Assembly (NCBI GenBank): GCA_963809895.1
Contig: CAWELD010000003.1
Location: forward strand, 512,001-576,000
Origin: an uncultured Gemmatimonadales bacterium
GTDB lineage: Bacteria; Gemmatimonadota; Gemmatimonadetes; Longimicrobiales; Gaopeijiaceae
DNA: 64,000 nt
Direction: 5' to 3'
Of the stretch, positions 52,474-60,205 are shown in pieces. The translations under genes and the position numbers were made by a program. The notes below the pieces were generated by a model. The model was not told where the DNA came from and searched no databases. It was given only the letters and a program-made list of their open reading frames with translations. Position 1 is the first letter of the stretch, and every line of letters begins with the position of its first letter.

Positions 52474-55079
52474 GCGGTCCCACACCGGATCCGTCCGCGG
52501 CCCTGGTGGGCGTGGACGGCCTGGACGAGCCCCCCGTGGCTCCCCCGGGCCCCGCCCCGGGGGCGGAGCCCTTGCGCCTGGCGCCCGAGGCGGCCGAGCG
52601 GATCCGCAGCGAGATCGCGCGGGCCGGGGGCCGGGAGGTCTGCTTCCTGGCGTCCGTGACGCCGGCGCGCGTCGTGGTGGACCCCCGGGCGGTGGCCCGC
52701 GGCAACTACGATGCGGTCCTGGCTGCGGCCCGGGACGAACCCGGGGGTGGGGTCATGATCCACAACCACCCATCCGGGGCCCTGGAGCCGTCGCACGCCG
52801 ACCTGTCCGTGGCCGCCCGGCTCTTCGAGCAGGAGCTGGGCACCGCCATCACCGACAACCAGGCCTCCGCGCTGTACGTCGTGGTGGAGCCACCGGCGCC
52901 CCGGGTCGTCACGCCGTTGGATCCGGAGGAGCTGGGCGCGGTGCTGGCGCCCGGTGGAGCCCTCTCGCGGCGACACCCCGGCTACGAGGACCGACGGGGA
53001 CAGCGCGAGATGCTCCAACGCGTGGTGGAGGCCTACAACGACGGCGGCGTGCTCCTGGTGGAGGCCGGCACCGGAACGGGCAAGTCCCTGGCCTATCTGC
53101 TCCCGGCGGCGCGTTGGGCCGCGCAGAACAACGAGCGCACCATCGTCTCCACCGCCACCATCAACCTGCAGGCTCAGCTGGCCAGCAAGGATCTGCCTCT
53201 GGTGGCCAGCCTGGTGGAGGGAGAGCCGTCGTGGGCCCTGGTGAAGGGGCGCGGCAACTACGTGTCCATCCGCCGGGCCCGCCTGGCCAGCGCCGGCGCG
53301 CCGGATCTCTTCGAGAACGATCGCTCCAAGGAGCTCGAGGCCATCCAGGAGTGGATCGGCACCACCGACGACGGCTCGCTGGCGGATCTTCCCTTCCTGC
53401 CGTCGGACGAGGTGTGGGAGGAGGTGCGGAGCGATCCGGACATCTGCTTGCGGGGCAAGTGTCCTCACTTCCAGGAGTGCTTCTACCAGCGCTCCCGTCG
53501 GCGGGCGGCGTCGGCGCGGCTGGTGGTGGTGAATCACCATCTGCTCTTCACCGACCTCGCCGTGCGCCGCGCCACGCAGAACTGGACCCAGTCGGCGGTG
53601 CTGCCCGCCTACAAGCGCGTGATTCTCGACGAGGCGCACAACGTGGAGGACGCGGCCACGTCGCATCTGGGCGTGGAGGTGACCCGGAGCGGTCTCTTCC
53701 GGGTGCTGTCCCGGCTCGATCGGAGGGGCAAGGGCGTGTTGGCCGCGGTCCAGGAGTCCCTGCCCCGCGACGGCGGGCGCGGACAGGACCTGCGGCGGCG
53801 CATCGAGGAGCGGGTGCGGCCCGCGGTGGACGACGCGCGGGCCACGCTGGAGCTGTTCGTGGACGCTCTGGAGCCCTTCGTCATGGCCCGCACGGAGGTG
53901 GAGGGCGAAGCGCTACGCATCGGCGGCCAGGGGGAGGGAGCGGTCCCCGAGCCCATGGGTCAGGACGCGGTGCGGGAGCGCCTGCGGGGGTTGCAGGCGG
54001 CCTTCCAGGCCCTGGAGCGAGAGGTTGGATCGCTGCGCCGGGCGGTGGAGATGGACGAAGCGCTGGAGGAGAGCCTGGAAGGTCGCCTCCTGGACCTGCG
54101 CAGCGCCGAGCGCCGCCTGAGCGCGGCGCAGGCGGGCCTGCAACTCGTGCTGGAGCCGGGGGACCGGGCGGACGCGTTCGTGCGCTGGCTCGAGCTCCGG
54201 GGGCGGGGGCGGAGTCGGAACCTGGTATTGGCCGCCGCCCCCATCGAGCTGGGACCCCTGTTGCGCGACAACCTGTTCGCGCGGGTGGACACGGCCGTGC
54301 TGTCGTCGGCGACGCTGTCCACGCGCAAGCGCTTCGACTTCATCCGGGACCGTCTGGGGCTGGACGCGCCGGGCCTGGCGACGCTGGAGGATCCGCTGAC
54401 GGTGCGGGAAGAGCTGGTCCCGTCGCCCTTCGACTTCGCCACCCAGACCGTGCTGGCGGTTCCCACGGACCTGCCCGATGCGCGCTCCGGGAGCGACGAG
54501 CTGCAGGAGGCCACGGCGCGCGTGGTGGAGGAGCTGGCGCAGCGCACGGGCGGAGGCCTGTTCGTCCTGTTCACCTCGCACCGGGCACTACGCCGGGTCG
54601 CCGAGTACCTGCGTGGTCGCGGGGCCGAAGCGCATTGGCCGCTCTTCGTGCACGGCGAGGACGAACGGGCCCGGCTTCTGGACGGGTTCATCCGCCACGG
54701 CCACGGGATCCTGTTGGGCACCTCGTCGTTCTGGGAGGGCGTGGACGTTCCCGGCGATCCCCTGCGGGGGTTGGTGATCCAGAAGCTCCCGTTCAAGGTG
54801 CCCACAGAGCCGGTGACCGCAGCCCGGGTCGAGGCCCTCGAGGCCCGCGGCGGGAACGCCTTCTGGGAGTACATGCTCCCGCTGGCGGCGCTGAGGCTGA
54901 AGCAGGGATTCGGCCGGCTGGTGCGCTCGACCACCGACCGTGGCGCCGTGATCCTCCTGGACGATCGCATTCTCAGGAAGCGCTATGGGCGTTATCTGCG
55001 GGACTCGTTGCCCGATGCGCCCTTGATCAAAGGGCCGTGGACCCTCCTCACGCGGGGCCTCGACGACTTCTACGGCTGA
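52470..55079 (+). CDS. DinG/YoaA family helicase with N-terminal JAB/MPN (RadC-like) domain
   Basis: REV..HNHPSGALEPSHAD; AGTGTGKS, DEAH, LFTS, FWEGVDV, KQGFGRLVR; TTG start inferred. Confidence 0.92.
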   Translation: MSGPTPDPSAALVGVDGLDEPPVAPPGPAPGAEPLRLAPEAAERIRSEIARAGGREVCFLASVTPARVVVDPRAVARGNYDAVLAAARDEPGGGVMIHNHPSGALEPSHADLSVAARLFEQELGTAITDNQASALYVVVEPPAPRVVTPLDPEELGAVLAPGGALSRRHPGYEDRRGQREMLQRVVEAYNDGGVLLVEAGTGTGKSLAYLLPAARWAAQNNERTIVSTATINLQAQLASKDLPLVASLVEGEPSWALVKGRGNYVSIRRARLASAGAPDLFENDRSKELEAIQEWIGTTDDGSLADLPFLPSDEVWEEVRSDPDICLRGKCPHFQECFYQRSRRRAASARLVVVNHHLLFTDLAVRRATQNWTQSAVLPAYKRVILDEAHNVEDAATSHLGVEVTRSGLFRVLSRLDRRGKGVLAAVQESLPRDGGRGQDLRRRIEERVRPAVDDARATLELFVDALEPFVMARTEVEGEALRIGGQGEGAVPEPMGQDAVRERLRGLQAAFQALEREVGSLRRAVEMDEALEESLEGRLLDLRSAERRLSAAQAGLQLVLEPGDRADAFVRWLELRGRGRSRNLVLAAAPIELGPLLRDNLFARVDTAVLSSATLSTRKRFDFIRDRLGLDAPGLATLEDPLTVREELVPSPFDFATQTVLAVPTDLPDARSGSDELQEATARVVEELAQRTGGGLFVLFTSHRALRRVAEYLRGRGAEAHWPLFVHGEDERARLLDGFIRHGHGILLGTSSFWEGVDVPGDPLRGLVIQKLPFKVPTEPVTAARVEALEARGGNAFWEYMLPLAALRLKQGFGRLVRSTTDRGAVILLDDRILRKRYGRYLRDSLPDAPLIKGPWTLLTRGLDDFYG

Positions 55080-56128
55080 TTCCCGGCCAGCGTCCGCTCC
55101 AGCCACGACAGGGCCCGCGGGCCGTCGGCGTCCACGGCCACCCGGGCCGGTGGCCGGTCCTGGACGACGTGGAGCGCGCCGGCATCGGGTCCGGCCGCCG
55201 TCACTGCGAGAGCCACCGAGCGTGTGTGAACCACGCCCGGATGTACGGCCTCGGCGGTGGCAAGGGGATCCCAGAGCTGGTATTGGCCGGCCTGGATCAT
55301 GGGGGTCTGGGCCTCCAGGACGCCGACGACGAAGGTCAGGGCCGGCGTGGCCGGTCCCGCGGCGGCCAGCCGCGCCACCACGGTGGAGTCCACCGGCACG
55401 CGGCTGGTGGCATCGAGTCCCACCAGGGTCACATCGAAGCCGGCGCCCAGCACGCGGTCTGCGGCACGGGGATCCACCCGGGCGTTCCACTCCGCTTTGC
55501 CGCTGGCGCCGGCATCGTCTGCCGAGGTCACGTTGCCAGGGGCCTCCAGCGACCCGAGCATGGCCACGAGACGCTGGACCCGGCGCGGCATGTCCGGGAG
55601 CGAATCGAGCGCCAGGGCCACATTGGTCAGGGCCCCGAGGGCGAGCAGCGTCACCGGACCGTCCGCATCGCGCACCGCACGGGTCATGAGGCCCACGCCT
55701 TGTGTGTCCATCTCGCCGGGTCGAGGGTCGGGGGGCGCATCGACCCCGAGGAAGCCGGCGGCGTCGTCTCGCCATGGCTTGGGAAAGAGGCGACCGCCGT
55801 CCCACGGCCGCGGGGCACCGCACGCCTTCGGCACCGGGGAGTGCCCGGCCGCGACCTCCAGACGCCTCAGGTGCGAGAGAGCCGTGGCGCAGTCGACGTA
55901 GCCCGGCGCCACCGTGATCGCGCGCACCTCGACGGTGGGTTCCCGCAGGAGAGCCAGCAGCGCGATCCAGTCGTCGGGGCCCAGGTCGGAGTCCACGATG
56001 ACGACGCGAGGTGGCGAGTCCGGGCTCTCGGGGGCATGGTCGCGGGTGCTCGGCTCTCCGCGGCACGCGGCCAGGAACGCGAGCCCCGCCGCGAAGAAGG
56101 CGGCCCGGCGCGCCCGTGTCGTGGTCAC
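55070..56128 (-). CDS. Nucleoside hydrolase (IU/IAG-NH family), lipoprotein
   Basis: Lipobox LAAC; DSDLGPDD (DxDxxxDD), LTNVA, AEWNA..DP.AA, LWDPL. Confidence 0.88.
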   Translation of the reverse strand: MTTTRARRAAFFAAGLAFLAACRGEPSTRDHAPESPDSPPRVVIVDSDLGPDDWIALLALLREPTVEVRAITVAPGYVDCATALSHLRRLEVAAGHSPVPKACGAPRPWDGGRLFPKPWRDDAAGFLGVDAPPDPRPGEMDTQGVGLMTRAVRDADGPVTLLALGALTNVALALDSLPDMPRRVQRLVAMLGSLEAPGNVTSADDAGASGKAEWNARVDPRAADRVLGAGFDVTLVGLDATSRVPVDSTVVARLAAAGPATPALTFVVGVLEAQTPMIQAGQYQLWDPLATAEAVHPGVVHTRSVALAVTAAGPDAGALHVVQDRPPARVAVDADGPRALSWLERTLAGNQP

Positions 56129-57294
56129 GAGCCGTCGGGTGCGCGCCACAGGCGGCCGGTCAGGAGCACGAGGGCCAATCCCAGGGCGGCGAAGAGCAGC
56201 GCCAGCACCGGAATGGCCCGACGGGCTCGGCGGATGCCGCCCACCGGCGCCGGCCCCGGCACCGTGCGCAGTGACCAGACCGACCAACGTGTCACGCCCG
56301 AGTCTCTGCGGAAGCCCAGGATCCGGTCGGGTCGCAGGAAGCCCACGAGCAGGACGTCCGTATCGGTCTGCGCCAGTCTGCGACCCAGCGTATCGAGCAG
56401 CTCCACCCTGGACGCCCAGGCGCGTTCGGGATCCGAGACGGCGTAGGTCGGGCCTCCGGGCGCCGCGGAGGGAACGGGCGTGAGAGCGCGGGCCCAGTCG
56501 GGGCCTGCCCTTCGCACGAGGGTCACGAGATTGCCTTCGTCGTCCGAGGTGATGTCCAACATCTCCGGTGGTGCCGGGTGGTCGGGAGCCGGCGGTGGGG
56601 TCTGCGTTCGGGGTGGGAACCAGTCCGTCTCCACGACCAACGAGTCCACCAGCGTGCCGGAGGCGTCGATACGGTCGATGTGGTAGGCCGTGGGCATGAT
56701 CGCCCAGGCGCCCCCTCGCGGGTCCGTGGTGAGCCGTCGCTGAAGGAGGTAGACGCCCCGCCAGTCCAGGGGCTGTGCCGGCCCCGAGGAGCCCTGCGCG
56801 ACGCCGTCGGGCGAGAGGAGGTGAAAGGGCCTCGCCTCCTGTTCGCCGCTCCCTTCGGCGCGGCCCGAGGTCAGCCAATCGCCCCGCTCCAGGCGAATCG
56901 CGTCCTGCACCTGGAGAGGAAGGGGCGTGCGCCGCACCACCCCACCGTCGATGTCCAGCACCACCAGCGCCGGGCGAGCGGCGTCGAAGGCGAAGATGGA
57001 ATCCCCCGTCACCAGCAGGGAGCCGATGGAGTCCAGCGTCGTCGGTCCTCCCAGCCGTCGGAGGAAGCGCCCACCGGGCGAGAAGACCGCGATCCACCCG
57101 GGCGCGCCCTCGGACACGGCATAGAGCCGTCCCTCGGTGTCCATGGCCCAGGCCCGCGGCGCACCCAGGGCACCGGGTCCGTCCCGGTCCCCGAACGATC
57201 CCGCCTCCTCGAGCTCGAGGTGACACGGCGGGCAGATCGCCTGGGCGCCGGAACCCGGCGCAAGAAGCAGGAACAGGCCGAGGAGTGGAGTCAT
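56125..57294 (-). CDS. Secreted beta-propeller-like protein with C-terminal membrane anchor
   Basis: Signal peptide; DGPGAL, IAVFSPGGRFLRRLG, GDSIFAFD; C-terminal hydrophobic helix. Confidence 0.72.
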   Translation of the reverse strand: MTPLLGLFLLLAPGSGAQAICPPCHLELEEAGSFGDRDGPGALGAPRAWAMDTEGRLYAVSEGAPGWIAVFSPGGRFLRRLGGPTTLDSIGSLLVTGDSIFAFDAARPALVVLDIDGGVVRRTPLPLQVQDAIRLERGDWLTSGRAEGSGEQEARPFHLLSPDGVAQGSSGPAQPLDWRGVYLLQRRLTTDPRGGAWAIMPTAYHIDRIDASGTLVDSLVVETDWFPPRTQTPPPAPDHPAPPEMLDITSDDEGNLVTLVRRAGPDWARALTPVPSAAPGGPTYAVSDPERAWASRVELLDTLGRRLAQTDTDVLLVGFLRPDRILGFRRDSGVTRWSVWSLRTVPGPAPVGGIRRARRAIPVLALLFAALGLALVLLTGRLWRAPDGS

Positions 57295-58604
57295 GGCCGG
57301 CCGAATTTCGTCTCGATCTCCACGCCGCAGTCGCGCAGGAACCGCGTCGGCAGCTCTCCGCCGATGAAGACGAACACCTGGCTCGCCGGAACCTGGATTG
57401 CCTGGCGATCCCGGTCGAGGACCACCTCGCCCGGGCGGATCTCCGTCGGCGTCGTTCCCAGGAGAGCTTCCACGGACCCTCGCGAGATCGCCTCCTCCAC
57501 GCGCTCGTGGTTTCGCGGCTTGATGCGGCTGAACGCCTCACGTCGATACGAGATACGGACCTCGTTGCCCGGCTGTTCCGAGAGTGCCAGCGCGGCTTCC
57601 ACCGCGGAGTCGCCGCCGCCCACCACGAGAATGCGATCGGTGGCGTACGCTTCCGGCTCCCGGAGCGAATACGCCACGTGGGGAGCGTCTTCGCCAGGGA
57701 CACCGAGCTTGCGGGGCACCCCTCGCCGCCCGATGGCCAGCACCACCCTGCGGGACTCGTAGATGCCCCGGTCGGTGATCACCCGGAAGTGGAGATCGCC
57801 GACACGATCCACCGACTGCACCGTCTCGCGTGTGTGAACATCGAGGTCGCCTTGCGTGGCGATGTCCTCCCACAGCTCGATGAGCTCCTCCTTGGAGATC
57901 TCGCGCAACGGCAGCTTGCCGTAGCCCGGGACCTGCACCGGGCGCGTCATCACCAGCTTCTTCCGGGGATAATGGCGCACCGTACCCCCGAGATCCTCCT
58001 TTTCCAGGGTAACGGCGGTCAGTCCCCGATGCCGGGCGGTGAGCGACGCCGAGAGGCCGGCGGGACCGCATCCGACGATCAGCAGGTCGAGCAGGTCGCC
58101 GGCAGTGGTGCCACGCCCCTCTTTCAGAATGCCCTCGATGCACTGCCGGCCCTGCTCGAAGGCGTTGGCCACCAGTCCCATGCCGCCGAGCTCTCCCACG
58201 ACGTAGAGCCCGCGCACGTTGGTCTCGAAGTTCTCCTTGACCCGGGGCAGGTCCACGCCTCGCGTCTCGGTTCCGAACACGAGCTGAATGGCGTCCATGG
58301 GGCAGGAGCGCTCACAGAGGCCGTGGCCGATGCACCGCGCCGGAGCCACGGCCACGCCCTGGCCGGCGCGGAGGCCGAGCACCTCCTCGGGGCAGACGCT
58401 CACGCAGTTCGCGATCCCGATGCAGCGCTCGGGGTCGACCACCGGATGCAACGAGACGGGCTCGTGGAGACCGTATTTCAGAGCCTCCACCTCCGCGTCG
58501 TCGGTCTGGCGCTCCTTGCGGCGCATGCGGATCAGGACCGGGAGCGTCACGAGGGCGGTGAGCGCCGACCCGATGCCCCAGACGATGAGCATGTCCCGGT
58601 CCAT
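57291..58604 (-). CDS. Membrane-anchored ferredoxin-domain FAD/NAD(P)H oxidoreductase (TrxB/YpdA-like)
   Basis: N-terminal TM; CIGIANCVSVCP and CIGHGLCERSCP; GCGPAG; GGGDSA..YRR; no CxxC redox pair in the reductase domain. Confidence 0.88.
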   Translation of the reverse strand: MDRDMLIVWGIGSALTALVTLPVLIRMRRKERQTDDAEVEALKYGLHEPVSLHPVVDPERCIGIANCVSVCPEEVLGLRAGQGVAVAPARCIGHGLCERSCPMDAIQLVFGTETRGVDLPRVKENFETNVRGLYVVGELGGMGLVANAFEQGRQCIEGILKEGRGTTAGDLLDLLIVGCGPAGLSASLTARHRGLTAVTLEKEDLGGTVRHYPRKKLVMTRPVQVPGYGKLPLREISKEELIELWEDIATQGDLDVHTRETVQSVDRVGDLHFRVITDRGIYESRRVVLAIGRRGVPRKLGVPGEDAPHVAYSLREPEAYATDRILVVGGGDSAVEAALALSEQPGNEVRISYRREAFSRIKPRNHERVEEAISRGSVEALLGTTPTEIRPGEVVLDRDRQAIQVPASQVFVFIGGELPTRFLRDCGVEIETKFGRP

Positions 58605-60205
58605 CAGAACGTCCTCGACAGCGAGAGGCTCAGGTATTGGCCACGCAGGCCGCCGCCCCATTGGCTCCTCAGCCGAGCGGACAACCGGAGACCCGTCGCC
58701 AACGGTGCGTCGGCGCTGAGCTCGCCCGCGTGCGTCGTGGACACGTAGGTCGGGTAGTCCGCCCGATAGAAGCGGTACCCCAGGCGCATGCGGGCTCTGC
58801 CCAGGCCGAAGAGCAGCGCCGGCGCCGCCGAGATCACGCGTCCATCCTCGTTGCTCCAGAACGAGGCGGAGCCCGCGAATCCCAGGCCCGAGCCCCGCGG
58901 GGGTGCGGACAGCGAAGTCGTGGACCCCCAGGACGTGCGCCCGTCTTCCTGCCGGGAGGCGGACGCGTCGAGTCCCAGGTATGCGCCTCCGAGCCTGAAT
59001 CCGAGCCCGCCGTCCACCCGATCGCGGCGGGGCCCGAACGTCTCGGACAGCGTCCACAGGCGGTACCGCTCGTCGCGCGCCACACCCACCCGCAGATCGA
59101 CCACCGGCGAGAGCCTCACGGTGCTGCGCATGCGTAGCTCCGACACCTTCCAGCTTCCGTCGTCGGGATCCCGGTCCACCTGGAGATCCTGGCTGAGTCG
59201 GAAGGGTCCCGCGGCGATCCGCTGACTCAATCCGAGAAAGGTGTGCCCGTTCAGGTCGGTGGTCGGCCGCACCGTGTGCGCGGACAGGTCGGCCCGCCAG
59301 CGCCAGTCCCGGCCGCGCCGCTCCGTGTCGACGAAGACCGACGCCTTGGGGAGCTCTCCACTCGGCGTCTCGTTCCAGCGGTCCGGCTGAAAGCCCACCA
59401 GAAACCCGACGCCGAGGGATTCCGGTCCGTAGCGAACCATGAGCCCGTCCCAGAAGCCGCTGTAGGATTCGGCGGGGCTGTAGAAGCGTCCCAGCGTCAG
59501 GCGGAGTGGGAGGCTGGTGAAGCGGCGATCCAGCGCGGCCTCGTAGACTCGTACCGACGTCGGGCGGAGGAGCGAGGCGTCCTGGGCCGCATAGCGATAC
59601 GCCACGCGGGCGCTGGTGCGCAGCTCGAATCCCCCGACGGCGTCCGGCACGGTGACGTCGAAGCGCAGCGCGGGTGTGGCGAAGGTGCGATCCACGCTCT
59701 CGGGATCGGTCCTGCCCACCTGGGTCGTGGAGTGGCTGGCAGCGAGATCCAGACTCCAGCGACCGTGCGCGGGGCTCGATGCCACGGGCGAGGACCGCTC
59801 CGCGGGTTCGGGGGATTCGGCTGCAGGCGTCGTCGGCCTCGTGTCGACCTTCGGTGCGACCCGTGCCGCCCGCACCATGTGCAGGACGATCGCGCTTCCC
59901 CGGAGCACGTCCAGAGGGGGGCCCACGAAGCTCAGCACGGCACGGGTCGGCGTGCTCGCGGTGACCACCACCACGCCGGACGTGGCCGCGTCGTCCGCCA
60001 GCTCCACGGCGAGGGTGTCTCCGGTGGCCAGACCCTGATCCGTGCCGATGTCGAGGTATAGCGTGTTTCCCGCCACCTGCCGGACGGCGACGGTGAGGGG
60101 TGCCGGCGGCGCGTCCTGCGCCTCGAGGGGCGAGCGCGCCGCGAGCGCGACCGCCACGGCGCACGTCAGCGCCGAAAGGCGTGGGAACACCCCCATGCGC
60201 GCCAT
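58604..60205 (-). CDS. Predicted outer-membrane beta-barrel (porin-like) protein
   Basis: Signal peptide (..LEA|Q), many amphipathic strands, C-terminal YLSLSLSRTF with terminal Phe; next to multiheme cytochromes. Confidence 0.78.
   Translation of the reverse strand: MARMGVFPRLSALTCAVAVALAARSPLEAQDAPPAPLTVAVRQVAGNTLYLDIGTDQGLATGDTLAVELADDAATSGVVVVTASTPTRAVLSFVGPPLDVLRGSAIVLHMVRAARVAPKVDTRPTTPAAESPEPAERSSPVASSPAHGRWSLDLAASHSTTQVGRTDPESVDRTFATPALRFDVTVPDAVGGFELRTSARVAYRYAAQDASLLRPTSVRVYEAALDRRFTSLPLRLTLGRFYSPAESYSGFWDGLMVRYGPESLGVGFLVGFQPDRWNETPSGELPKASVFVDTERRGRDWRWRADLSAHTVRPTTDLNGHTFLGLSQRIAAGPFRLSQDLQVDRDPDDGSWKVSELRMRSTVRLSPVVDLRVGVARDERYRLWTLSETFGPRRDRVDGGLGFRLGGAYLGLDASASRQEDGRTSWGSTTSLSAPPRGSGLGFAGSASFWSNEDGRVISAAPALLFGLGRARMRLGYRFYRADYPTYVSTTHAGELSADAPLATGLRLSARLRSQWGGGLRGQYLSLSLSRTF

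Noticed and set aside
57291..58604. Canonical thioredoxin reductase (trxB) partnering trxA
   Set aside because: No CxxC redox pair in the reductase domain, extra TM and ferredoxin domains, and it lies in a different operon
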